Positions 49,943 to 62,858 of a stretch of 64,000 nucleotides of DNA are shown one piece after another (position 1 is the first letter of the stretch; each line of letters begins with the position of its first letter). The notes under the pieces are model-generated. The model was not told where the DNA came from and did no database searches. It was given only the letters and a program-made list of their open reading frames with translations. Source of the stretch: Azolla caroliniana (lineage: Eukaryota > Plantae > Polypodiophyta); contig JBHGNT010000005.1 in NCBI GenBank assembly GCA_043228905.1, forward strand, positions 4,464,001 to 4,528,000. The letters are read 5' to 3'. Made by a program: the position numbers and the translations under genes.

Positions 49943-52900
49943 AGCACTTATGAGAAAGAGAGAGAGAGAGAGTCTTAAGATGAGAAAACTATGTATTCCT
50001 TCCAACAGTAACAAAGTTACAAAAGGTTGCTTTAAATACCAACTAAACTAGGGTAAGGACCCTTTCTACTATTTACAAAACTAGCCTGGTATGTCCATGA
50101 ACTAGTGTGAAACCTATTTCTATGGGAAGTTGAGTTCGATTCTCAACACGCCCCTTCAAAACACAACTTCCGGATATCAAAAAATTGTTTCGGATCGGTC
50201 TTCGGAACGCTTTGAACTTCGATTGTTCGGCTTTTTGGTTGCATGCTCCTTGTTCGGCTTCAATCAATCGATCAGTTCATTGTTCTATACTCTCCCTCAA
50301 GCTCGCCTGGTCGGAAATAGATAGGCCAAGGTTCGACGCAAACTACCGCAGCTTGTCGATGCCCAGGGCTTTCGTGAAAATCTCGGCTACCTGTAGATTC
50401 ATGCTGATGTGGTGTAAGTCTATATCTCCGGCTTGCACGCGTTTGTGGATGAAGTGGTAGTGCACTTCAACATGCTTAGTCTACACGTGGAATACGGGGT
50501 TCCGCACTAGGTAGATACTGCTCATGTTGTCGCAGTATAGACGAATTGGATCCTTGATGGGTATGCCCAAATTCTTCAGTATACGCTTCAGCCATACGGT
50601 TTCACACGTGGCGACCGCCGCGCCCCTGTATTCGGCTTTCGTGATCGACAATGCGATTGTCGGTTGCTTCTTGCTACTCCATGAGATTGTTCCGTTGCCC
50701 AGGGAGAAGACAAATCCTGATGTTGACCATCTATCCGCTTTATAACTTGCCTAGTCCACGTATGTGTACCCTTCGAGTCGAATTATCGTATTTGACTTGT
50801 ATCTGATGTCAAAATCCATTGTACCACTAGCGTACCGAAGTACCCTCTTAGCGCAATCAAGATGAAGGTTTCACGGATTCTGCATGAATTGGCTAAGTAG
50901 GTCGACCGAATAGATGAGGTCGGGTCGCATAATGGTTAGGTAGATGAGGTTGTTGATCAATTGGCGATGTTGAGTTGGCTCACACTCGGTTGTTCTAGAA
51001 TCAACATCAAGCTTGAGATTACGATCAAGCGGGGAGGACACAAGTTTGCACTCTGTCATGCCAAACTTATAGAGTAAGTTGAGGATGTAGTGTCATTGTG
51101 AGATCATTATCCTGACTGATGTCTGAATTACTTCGATGCCTAAGAAGTAATGGAGCTCGTGTGGGTCTTTCATTTCGAATCTGCCGGAGAGAAGTGATTT
51201 GACCTTGTTAATCTCGGCGAGATCCTTTCCTCCGATGACCAAATCATCCATGTATAGGATGATGACAATCGGGCTATCCAACTCGTTTCGAATGTACAGA
51301 GAATTATCCGAATTTGACATTCGAAATGTGATTTGATGAAGATATTGTGTGATCTTCGAATGCCACGCACGTGGTGCTTGTTTGAGGCCGTAGAGTGGCT
51401 TCTTGAGTCGGCACACGGCGTTCGGATGATGGCGCGATTCAAAGTCGGGTGGTTGGATCATGTACACTTCCTCCTCTAGTTCCCCTTGCAGGAAGGCGTT
51501 CTTCACGTCCATATGATGGAGGTGCCACCCTTTTGCTATTGTGATTGCAACCACGGTTCGCACAGTGGTCATCTTTGTCACTGGGGCAAAGGTCTCTTCA
51601 TAGTCAACTCCGTGCGTTTGTGCATATCCTTTTGCAACGAGCCATGCTTTGAAGCGATTTATGGAGTCGTTGGCATTGTGTTTCACTTTGTAAATCCATC
51701 GGCATCCAATCGCTTTCTTGTGCGGAGTGTGAGGAACGAGATCCCATGTCTGGTTTTGCATAGGGCTTGCATTTCTTCATTCATCGCGTCAACCCATCGC
51801 AGATCCTTTACTACTTCGGAAAGAGTTTCCGGCTCTTGTATTGACGCTACCTTCATCATAAAGGCGTAATGATACGCCATGTACTCGTCGTAGCTGTAAT
51901 GGCTTACGGGGTTCTTTTCTCGGGTGGACCAACGTAGCTTTTCGTTCGCGGATATAAGGCTTTCTTCGCTCCATTTGTCCGGATGTTGAGGCCTTCGAAC
52001 TCACTATCGAGGGAGTGAGTCGATTTGTTGTCGTCGAAGTGATCGACTTCATACTCCGGCATTTTCACCTTCCCTTTGTCCAGCTTCAGACTCGGCCGAG
52101 AAGTGCTTTGATCGCTCGGAGGCTCTTGTGGCCCACTAAGCCTTGTCGTAATCGGGCTTTCTTCGAACATGCGCATAAGTCAATCTTCAGCTTCTACCTC
52201 TATTTCAACGTATTCCGGGTCGAGCGGAGTCGGAGTCGAAGTTGTCTCTAGTGCGTACCAGGATGCGGACTCGTTGAAAACGAAATCTCGACTTGTTCAA
52301 ACTTTTCGGGTAGATGGATTGTAGCATTTGTACCCCTTTTGTTTGAGTGAGTACCCCACGAGGATACATTTCTCCGACTGCGGGTGGAGCTTTTGTCACG
52401 TATCATCGAGAATATGCACATAAGCGATTGAGCCGAAAATACGAACATGTGATAAGTCCGGCTTTTGACCAAGAAACTTCTCATGGGGGGTTGTGTCGTG
52501 TACTCCCGAGGTTGTGCACTTGTTCATGAGGTATACAATCGTGTTTGCCACTTCTGCCTAGTATGATTTCGGCAAGTTCTTCTCATTCATCATTGCCCGT
52601 GCAACCTCTACTATGTGCCGGTTCTTCTGCTTGGCTACGTCGTTTTGCTGAGGTGTGTGACGGCATGAAAATTCTTGTCGAATTCCTTCCTTTCGGAGAT
52701 ACGTCGTAAACTCATCCGAGAAATATTCTTTGCCTCCATCTAATCGAAGGCATCGTCCCGGCATCGTACGTGCCGACCCGCGGTTTTTTCGACTTCGGCT
52801 TTGAACGTCTGGAAGTGTCCGAACACTTCGCTCTTCTGTCTCATCGGGTAGATCCATGTGTGCCTAGAGAAGTCGTCGATGAATGTGACGTAATATCGGC

Positions 52901-53710
52901 ATTCACCGAGTGTGATTGTCTGGGCCAATCCCCATACATCTGAATGTACGACATCAAGGATCCCTTTGCTCACATTCCGTTCTTTCGGGAATGGATGTCG
53001 ACATTGCTTTACGAGTTGGCACACTTCGCATACGCCTGTAATCTCCTTTGCGGTAAAGTTCGAGAGTCCAATTACGACTCCTTTCGATTGCATGTTTTGA
53101 AGCGTCTGGAGGTTGATGTGGCCAATTCTCTTGTGCCACAAGTTTAGGTCAGTTTCAACTTTGAGGCCCTTTGCAAACATGGCCGATTTTACCTCGTTCG
53201 ATTCGAGGACAAACATACTGTTGTAGACAAGGCCGTCAATGCGGAAGATCAAGAAGCATTCGATTGGGGTTGAGTACCTGCGTATGACAGTTTCCAAGAT
53301 CGTGCACAGAGATAGAGAGAGAGAGAGAGGAGGCACAAAGAGTCTTTCTATTCAATAGAAACAATAATACAACCAACCTTACAAAAAGGTTACTAGGTCA
53401 CTTTATATAGTGACAACTTAGGGCAACTACCCTTTATGCTAATTACACAAATGGCCCAAACTTGAGCTATACAAAGGGATAGTGTGAATACGTCCATTAT
53501 ACACTTGTATTCGACACTCCCCCGTAATGGGCGTATACATGGGTTATCTAAGATTACAGGTATAAACCTAGGTTCTCGGACATATCAGTTTTTGTTCGAG
53601 TCGGCAGGGTCCGAAGGCAGAAGACCGAACTGGTCGGGTCGGAAGAGTTGAAGCCGATCATTAAGGAACTGATGTCGGTTGTCTGAAACCATCCTGCGTT
53701 GTGTCCGGCT

Positions 53711-56700
53711 CTAACCGGACTGGTTTGTCGTTACGCCCATCTGATGCCGAAGAGACCGAAAGCGGTCTGCCGAAAGACACTTGGTCATTCCATCTGCGAC
53801 ATTGTCGGTTGTGGATATTTTCTCTAGACCGATTTTCCCTGAAATGACGCAGTCCCGAACGAAGTGATATCGAACGTCGATATGTTTGGAGGCGTTGTGG
53901 TGAACCGGATTTTTCGACAAGGCAACAGCACCTTGACTGTCGCTATAGACAACTGGGGCCGAGTCATGGTCGACTTGTCGAAACGTGTGCGCCAGCCGGC
54001 CGAGCCACAAAGCTTCTTTTGCAGCGTCGGACGCAGCTACATATTCTGCTTCGGTCGTTGAGGTCGCTGTGCACTCCTGAAGTTTCGACTTCCACGAAAT
54101 TGCTCCATTGCCGAATTTGAAGCAGTATCCAGTTGTTGATTTCCGACTGTCTATACAGCCGGCGAAGTCCGAGTCGGTGTAACCGACTACGCCTGAGGTT
54201 GAGTTCGGACCGAAAAGAATGCCGTGGTCTTTTGTGCCAGCCAGATATCTGAACACATGCTTGACTGCGTTCCAATGCGATCGGCCAGGATTGTGCATAA
54301 ATCTGCTAACGACTCCTACGGCATGAGAGATATCAGGCCGTGTCGCGACCATCAGGTACATAAGGGAGCCGACTGCCGGTGCATACGGTACCGACTTCAT
54401 ATCTTCCCCCTCCGGACCGGATGTCGGGCAGTCTCGCTGAGAGAGCCGAAGATTCATGGGGAGCGGGGTTGAAGCAGATTTGGCTGATTGCATGTTGAAG
54501 CGTTCCAAGACACGTCCGATATAGTCGGTCTGAGACAAAAAAAGATGTCGTTTATCGCGATGCCGACTAATCTTCATGCCAAGTATGTGTCGTGCCGGAC
54601 CGAGGTCCTTCATGGCAAACTTCAACCGCAATTGCCGAATGAGATCGGCAAGTTCGCCCGCGTGGCGTCCAGAAATTAGCATGTCGTCCACGTAAATGAT
54701 GAGGAAGATGGGTGATCCATCTTGAGCTGTGTTGGTAAAAAGACAATGGTCCTCATCGCTTTTTGAGAAGCCGATCGATTGGATGAAGTCGTCGAACTTC
54801 TTGTACCATTGTCGCGGTGCCTGTTTGAGGCCGTATAGACTCTTCCTGAGTCGGCAGACTAGATGTTCTTGGCCAGTTGCCACGAAGCCTTTTGGCTGCT
54901 CCATATAAATTTCCTCTTCAAGATCACCATGGAGGAAGGCTGTTTTGACGTCTAGCTGAATCAGCTCCAAGTTGTCGGCTGCCACTACGCCGAGTAGAAA
55001 ACGAAGGGTTGTCATTTTCACCACTGGTGAAAAAATCTCGTCGAAGTCGACGCCATATTCTTGTCGGAAGCCCTTCGCAACTAATCTGGCCTTGTACTTT
55101 GGGGTGGTCGAATCAGACGTCTCTTTTAGTCGATAAACCCACTTGCAAGGAAGAGCATGTCGATTCTTAGGTAATTCGACCAGATCCCAAGTCTTGTTTG
55201 CCCGAATGGAGTGCATTTCCGACTCCATCGCCAGATGCCAGGTGGCTGAATCGACAGATGTCGATGCTTCTTCGTAAGACGTCGGTTCGCCGGCGTCGGT
55301 GAAGAAAATTCCAGGAGAATACCTCTCCGGAGGTTGCAACAGTCTCTCGGATCGTCGAGGTATGACTGGACTGGTCGTATCGGGTATCGAGGTCGGATGG
55401 TCCGAAAGCGAATTATTCTGCTGTGCCGAGTCGGAGTTGTCCGAGTCGGTAGTGTAAGGTTCAGCTACCCGTGAAGCTGACCGTGTGTTAAGAGCGGGGC
55501 CTTCTTGAAGGGTCGGCACATCGGAAAATGTTACCCTTCGGACTTCGATCGATGTTTCGACTGATGGATTCATAGCCGACTCGTTGAACACAACGTCCGA
55601 ACTTCGAACGATTTGTCTGCGTTTGGGGTCCTAGAGTCGGTATCCCATTTCGCCGTCTGATCCATATCCAAGGAAAATGCATTTCCTGGACCGAGGTGCA
55701 AGTTTTCGGCGATCATCTTTCGGAATAAGGGCGTACGCCTCGCATCCGAAGATCCTCAGCTTGTCGTAATTCGGCTTACTCCCGATCCATAGTTCCTGAG
55801 GAATTTGAAGTCCTAGAGGTCTGCTTGGCGACATATTGATTATGTGTACTGCCGTGAGTAGAGCCTCTGCCCAGAAGCCATCCGACAGTCCGGAGTGTTG
55901 GAGCATGGAAACTATCCGTTCTTGGATTGTCCGATTCATGCGTTCTGCAATCCCGTTTTGCTCCGGACTGTGTGGTGCCGTAAATTCACGTCGGATGCCG
56001 CGTTGTCGACAGAATTTGACGAATTCTTCTGATTTGAACTCTCCCCCATTGTCGGTCCGAAAGCATTTCAGTTTTCGGTCAGTTTGATTTTCTACCATAG
56101 CGAGCCAATCGGAGAAGATCGAGAAGACACGATCTTTGGTGCGAATTGGATAAGCCCACACCTTTCGAGTCGAATCGTCAATAAAACTGACGAAGTAAGA
56201 GGCACCGCCGAGAGACTGATGCGGCATTGGGCCACAGACGTCCGAGTGGACTAAATCGAGGGGTCTCGTTTCTCTTGGTGCTGATGTCGGGTGTGATGCG
56301 GCTGCTTGTTTGCCATACTGGCAATGTTCGCAGAATTGATGGTCCGAGAAGGAGAGTTTAGGGATGTATCCGGCTCTAGATAGGTGCGTAATGCCGGCCT
56401 TGCTGAGGTGTCCTAATCTTCTGTGCCATAGTGATGACACAGGAATATCTACCAAAAACAGGTTACCCTCTCTGAGCGTAACATGTAACGGATACAGTGA
56501 GTGTATCTTGGGTCCTCTAGCAAGCAGGAGGTTCCCCCTGTGGAGTGTCCACCCTCCTGAAGAAAAACCGGCACGAATGCCGTCTTCATCTAGTTGTCCG
56601 ACTGAGATCAATGGCCTTGAGAGCTCGGGTACATGTCGGACATTGTGAAGTATAAGTGTAGAGCCACCTGCAAGGTTGAGCTCTACTGTGCCGATTCTAA

Positions 56701-57742
56701 TGATGTCACAGTGTTGCGAGTTGCCGACTCGAACTGAGTCGGAGTGACGGATCGTATATTGCCGAAATTGGGATCGATGAGGAGTCACGTGAAATGACGC
56801 GCTCGAATCTAAGAGCCATGTGCTCGATTCTTCAGTCGTGAGCAGAACTTCTGATCCGACTGGATTTTCGATTGATAGTATATTCGGGTCGTTTGGTAGC
56901 ACATCAGCTGAGAAGCTGACGTAATTGATCTCCTCATGCCGGCCACTCTTCCTGTCTGATTTCTGAGACTTGTCGTTCTTGTTCTTGAGTGCGCGGCAGT
57001 CGGCTTTGATGTGTCCGGGTTTCTTGCAATAGTTGCAGATTCGATTATCCCGTGACTGGCTCCGTCTTCGCTGATTGTTCGGTTGCCGTGAGGAATCTCT
57101 TCCTCGTATGTTCGATCGGTCTGTCGAACCTTGTACTACATAAGCGTCGTCTGTTGAGTCTTTGGCGAAAGACTTTCTCCGAGCTGCTTCGGTCAGGATT
57201 GCGCTCGTGACTTCGGAGTATTTAACAGCCGTGGTTGACGCGTTGCACACGGTTGTGACGAAAGTTTCCCATGATGAGGGAAGGTTGCTCATGAGTATCA
57301 TTGCTCTGAGTTCATCCTCGATTGTCGTCCCCTGAGATGAGATTTGGGAGCTTATGCTTTCGTACTCATTGAGATGTGCTTGAACCGAATCTGATTCTTT
57401 CATCCGCAAGTTGTAGAGGCGCCGGATCAGAAACATCTTCGTTGCGGCGACCTTCTTTTCGTAGGTGTCCGACAGTGTTTTCCACAGTTCGAATGTTGTC
57501 GTACACGATTGCACCGTAAAGTATACCGATTCTGATAGGTGCATCCGAATCGTGGCGCGGACGATTCTGTCCAGCTTCTGCCACTCAATTGGTTTGTATC
57601 CTTCTGGAGGTTCTTCATTTTCGATGGGATCGATTTGCCCCTTGACTATGAGATAGTCCTGCATTTGCTCCTTCCAGAAGTTGAAGTTCGATCCATCGAA
57701 CTTTCGTAGACTCATTTCTGACGAGCCGGATGTTGATGTCAT
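53711..57742 (-). CDS. Copia gag-pol polyprotein (gag, CCHC knuckle, protease, integrase, RT, RNase H) with one in-frame TAG
   Basis: ORFs 55631-57742 and 53711-55591 are in the same frame, reading GYRL*DPKRRQIVRSSDVVFNE. Motifs CNYCKKPGHIKADC, WLLDSSASFH, HSDVCGP, YVDDML, YTDSDFAG and EAEY. Confidence 0.95.
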
Positions 57743-58186
57743 GACTCTGCCCTAAGTCGGCTACGAACTTTGGTGAAGTGCAGCGGTTTGGCCCACTCAG
57801 TGTCGTTCTAGCCGAAGTTGGACACAAGTGATGTTGATTACGGAGAATCGGGGATTAGGTTCGGATTGACTACCGACAACTGTCTTAGTCGAGTTGAACC
57901 TAGATTTAACGATTCGACAGTACTTCAAGCCGATTCGGTTTCGGTTGACTGCAACGGTGAGAGCAATGGAACCGACTGGTCCTTCCGATTATTGTCCAAT
58001 CGAATGAAACGCGAACTGGGGTTGTCCTTGAAGTCGTCGTTGTGCAGGAAGCCCACCTCAAGCAGTTACGATCAAGGAAGTAGAGTACAGCCGACTGGCT
58101 TACTCCGAGTGATGATCTAACGCAGCGAGATTCAAGCTTGTGTTTGCCTACTTTCTTCTCTGTTTCTTCGAATGACGCAAGAAGCT

Positions 58187-58312
58187 GAATGCTTTGCAGA
58201 CTAGGATGAAGCGAAAGGTCGAATACTGTGCAGGCTGTGATGACGCGAAGAACCGAATGCTGTGCAGGCTGAGATGACGCGAAGAACCGAATGCTGTGCA
58301 GGCTGAGACGAC
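58187..58312. repeat. 34-bp tandem repeats in the Copia C 5' leader next to the PBS
   Basis: gaatgctgtgcaggctgagatgacgcgaagaacc-type units at 58187 (diverged), 58221, 58255 and 58289 (partial). Confidence 0.85.
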
Positions 58313-59943
58313 GGCCGACAGCGGGTTGAGGGACCTCGGCTCTGATACCAAATGTTGTAGACAAGGCCGTCAATGCGGAAGATCAAGAAGCATTCGATTG
58401 GGGTTGAGTACCTGCGTATGACAGTTTCCAAGATCGTGCACAGAGATAGAGAGAGAGAGAGAGGAGGCACAAAGAGTCTTTCTATTCAATAGAAACAATA
58501 ATACAACCAACCTTACAAAAAGGTTACTAGGTCACTTTATATAGTGACAACTTAGGGCAACTACCCTTTATGCTAATTACACAAATGGCCCAAACTTGAG
58601 CTATACAAAGGGATAGTGTGAATACGTCCATTATACACTTGTATTCGACACATACGGCCTTCACGATGGCCGTGAGCTACGACTCGATCGCCTCTTTCGA
58701 TAAAGCACCCATCATTGTTGAATCATACTTGCATTCCTTGTTCGACAATCTGGCCGACCGAGACCAGGTTTTTCATGATGGTAGGAACATGCAATACGTT
58801 CTTGAGGTAGGGTTGTTTGCCATCATTTCCGAATGGGGCGTTCCCGATATGCTATATTGGATGAGTCATGTCATCGCCTGTCTCAACATATCCAGGACGT
58901 TCGAGTTTTCGTAATTCCCAAAACCAATCTTCATGAGACGTCATGTGGTTGGATGCTCCTGAGTCAACAAACCATACATTCTCTGAGGGCGTGGTGCTTG
59001 TTTCACCTTGTGTCGCCATTGAGTGCGATTTGTGCCTCATCATGAACATTTCGCTACAATCGTCGTAGTTGGAATTCGATGCATACTTTGTGAACTTTCT
59101 GCTACAATTGTCGTAGTCGAAATTCGATGTGTAGTTCGTGAGTTGTCGATTGGTTGAAGCCGACTTTCGCTTCTTCTTTCAACACTCCTCTTCGTAATGG
59201 CCGAGTTTTCCGTAATATCCGCATTTGATTGCCCGTTATCACGATTCTCGGTCCGGCATGATGACTCCCCCTTCTGCCAAACTCTCTAGGATTGTTCTTG
59301 TCCCCTTGCCATTGGTGGGAATTCTGCTCTTGGGTCTGCTGACCGTGATGGCCTTGTCCAAATCGACCTCTATTTCCATGGCCGAAATTTCTTCTATCAT
59401 CCGATTGGGAGTAGAGCATCTGACCCTCTGTTGCTTTGCTCCTTTGTCGGGCGTGATTTTCCTCGACCAACAATATTGACTGGAGATTGAAAAAGGGGGG
59501 AGGATTCTCTCTTGCGAGGAGGGCGGACCTTATTGCGTTGAATCGAGGTGCCAAGCCTCTGAGGCATATCTACACCATTTCTTCGTCGTCAATGCCAACA
59601 TTGATCGACCCAAGGGCATCACACAACTCCTTGATCTTCAAGGCGTAATTGTCGATTGACATGTCCCTTTGTTGAATGCCATTCAACTCCTGACGAAGCT
59701 AGAGCTTGCAAGCAACCGTATTGGCTGCGAATATCCTCTTGAGATTGCCCCACGCTTCTTTCAGCATTTTCTTCTCTCGAATATAGCCGAGCATGTGATC
59801 ATGTATGCATTATGCAAGGCAATACAATACACGGTTCTGTTGATCGTCGGTATGTAGAACATCACAGTCGATTAGTCTTGATCAAAAAACCACACGCTCT
59901 GATAACATGTAAAGAAAGGAGAGTGATTGTATGCAACAGTAGG

Positions 59944-59974
<31 letters not shown>

Positions 59975-60926
59975 ATGAGCACTTATGAGAAACAAAGAGA
60001 GAGAGAGAGAGTCTTAATATGAGAAAACTATGTATTACTTCTAATAGTAGCAAAGTTACAAAAGGTTGGTTTAAATACCAATTAAACTAGGGCAAGGGCC
60101 CTTTCTACTATTTACAAAACTAGCCTGATATGTCCATGAGCTAGTGTGAAACCTATTTCTATGGGAAGTTGAGTTTGATTCTCAACAACACCCAATAACT
60201 TAAATGAACAATGACCCAAACAAGTATAACTCCTTGGTCCAAGTTAGCGACAAATGGAAGTGTGACGAAAAGAGAGAAATCATCTTGACAAGGACTTGGA
60301 GTAGATAAAATGGAGCTTTCCAATGTGCCCAATATTTGTTTCAAGAGGAGGCAAATGAAAGAAGATGGTACTCGTGATTTTTTATGGGCCCTGATGTTTT
60401 AACTACTAAAAGAGCCAATATTGGATGTAGGCAATGAGTGTCGATATCTCAACAAGATGGGCTTTTATCACATTGTTGACAATGCAAGCATCATATCCAA
60501 TTTTTCATGTAATATGCCTATGAGGTATTGCAATTGTGTATCTTGCCCTTATTGGTGTTTGTGGTGGGATTAAGGATTCATATGAGAGCTATTAGATAAA
60601 AAGAGAAAATGATGGTTCCTTAAGAATTAGTAAGGCACGAGATAAAAAGGCTTTTATTGACATATAACCATGTAGCTTAGTAGTTACATAATTAGAATCT
60701 AGTTAAAAGTGTTGACCTTAAAGCCTTCAATAGGATTTTGTACTTGAGTGGGATACATTCTAGATCCTCCACTACCAAGTATATTTAATATAGGACTTAC
60801 ATCCTTGTATGGTGGTGTACCTATATTCTCTTCACACATGTGCAACCTTGCACATGAGATGTATATATACCACATTGTGGGTATCATCGTATTTTGATGC
60901 TTATTAATATAGAGAAAGGTCTTTAG

Positions 60927-61220
60927 CTACTCTCTCGTTAATCATCCCCCCATTTATCTCATTGTTCATAAATGTAACTTCCTCTATCTCTTTTACTCAT
61001 ACACATATCACATAATCTTCCGCGGCTTAATCACATACGTGATTAACTACTCACATAATTAGTTACTAATTAACTACTCTCTCGTTAATCATCCCCCCAT
61101 TTATCTCATTGTTCATAAATGTAACTTCCTCTATCTCTTTTACTCATACACATATCACATAATCTTCCGCGGCTTAATCACATACGTGATTAACTACTCA
61201 CATAATTAGTTACTAATTAA
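60927..61220. repeat. Exact 147-bp tandem duplication
   Basis: ctactctctcgttaatcatcccccc...taattagttactaattaa at 60927-61073 and 61074-61220. Confidence 0.9.
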
Positions 61221-62327
61221 CACTTAGTTAATTACCTAATTATTAACTGCTTCATTATCTAGACTCTACCCTAGTCATTAGTAAGAGAGATGAACGTGGA
61301 AGGTCAATTAGAAACTGAAAATGTTTGTAATTAAGAAGCAATACCTAAGTCAATTAATGATAGGAATCATTAGATTGTCGAGGGCAAACAAAGAATACAA
61401 ACATTGGCAGTCAATTGCCTCGGATATTATTTCTATTCAAATGTGAAAATAACGGAAAATGCATTATCTTAAATTTTAATATGTGTATGAATTTCAAGTA
61501 AGACCGTTGAATGATCTCTAGATATAAAGAATGAATAGAAATCATTGGAGGAAATGGATATTCAAGGGGAAACTTTTATAGAAAAAGGTGTTCCTAATAA
61601 TAATAATAATATAAAAAACATTTGAATAAGTTTATTTAAGGCTTTACTTTGATATTGTTGAAACTGTACAATACCCATTGCATGTTTTCAATAAAATCAA
61701 ATACATATATAACTTTGCAAAAAATGTTGCACTCAAAAGTTACTTTTACTTGAATTAAGCATCTAAGTTAGTTTAGTTTAGCATCATGGATCATGTAGCA
61801 AGCATGTGCGCTTAGAATATGAAGAATATTAAAACTAGAACGGACATATTGAAAATTTTAGATGATGTAATGCTAATGTAAATAATGCAACGGCTAACAT
61901 TGTGACATAAATATTAAGCATAATGATTTCTAACTTGCATGCATTGACGAGAAAGTCACTTTGCATCCTAATAACAATATTAAGTGTTGTGATTGGATTG
62001 CATTTTTAAATCAAAATATCAAGCATTATATTTATTATTAAGTATCATCGAACAAAATCCTAACTCGACACAATGTTGCATTATATTAAGTATCATCGAA
62101 CAAAAGCATAAATTGACACAATCCTACAACCCCTCGATGGCTATGACTTCTAGGAGGAGTAGTTGGATGTATACCAAGGACGAAACTCATCGAGGTCTAG
62201 AGAGAATTTATGAATGTAAGAACTAATGTGATTATATAAATAACATTTGAGGACTATGTTCACAATAATCACGAAAAAAGGAAATAAAGGCCATTCCATC
62301 TCGAGAACAACAAAAATGATGTATAAC

Positions 62328-62414
62328 TGATACGAGCATGTCCATATAATATCCCGTGGTAAGATTGTACGATACAATCTTACCACGGGATATTATATGG
62401 TCATGCCCGTAACA
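62328..62414. mobile_element. 87-bp fold-back mini-element, TG...CA ends, 5-bp TSD
   Basis: 42-bp arms (3 mismatches) around a CGA loop; ATAAC at both 62323-62327 and 62415-62419. Confidence 0.8.
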
Positions 62415-62546
62415 ATAACAATGTGAGAGATTATTGGTCCAATGTGTAGGTTGTAACATATTACCAAACCGAGTGAACTAGTAATTCAAGCGACAAATCT
62501 GCAACCAATTAGAGCTTAAAGATTTCTTAAAGCAAAAGTACACCCA

Positions 62547-62603
<57 letters not shown>

Positions 62604-62616
62604 CAGATGGATGTAT

Positions 62617-62781
62617 GGATGTAGCTTAGGTGGTAAGGTTGCACGGTGCACCCATTATATATGTGTGTATATATATATTTATTTATTTATATATGTGTGT
62701 GTGTATATATATATATATTTATATATGTGTGTATATATATATATATTTATATATGTGTGTATATATATATATATTTATATA

Positions 62782-62858
<77 letters not shown>

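Larger units (their letters stand above)
53219..58650 (-). mobile_element. Ty1/Copia LTR retrotransposon C, very recent, nested in Copia B
   Basis: 298-bp LTRs 53219-53516 and 58353-58650 look identical; 5-bp TSD CATAC (53214-53218, 58651-58655); PBS TGGTATCAGAGC 58339-58350; PPT 53517-53523. Confidence 0.98.
49847..60187 (-). mobile_element. Ty1/Copia LTR retrotransposon B (older, decayed; host of the nested element)
   Basis: LTRs 49847-50148 and 59908-60187 (TG...CA, ~13-15 substitutions plus microsatellite length change). PPT at 50149; mutated iMet PBS 59896-59907. Fragments of gag (59102-59860), protease WFVDSGASNHMT, integrase (52558-53210), RT (51093-51761, YMDDL) and RNase H. Confidence 0.95.

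Noticed and set aside
55628-55636. Programmed stop-codon readthrough or RNA editing of the TAG in Copia C
   Set aside because: The stop replaces a conserved Trp inside integrase, its context (TAG GAC) is not the CARYYA readthrough motif, and plant U-to-C editing is organellar and would give CAG, not TGG.
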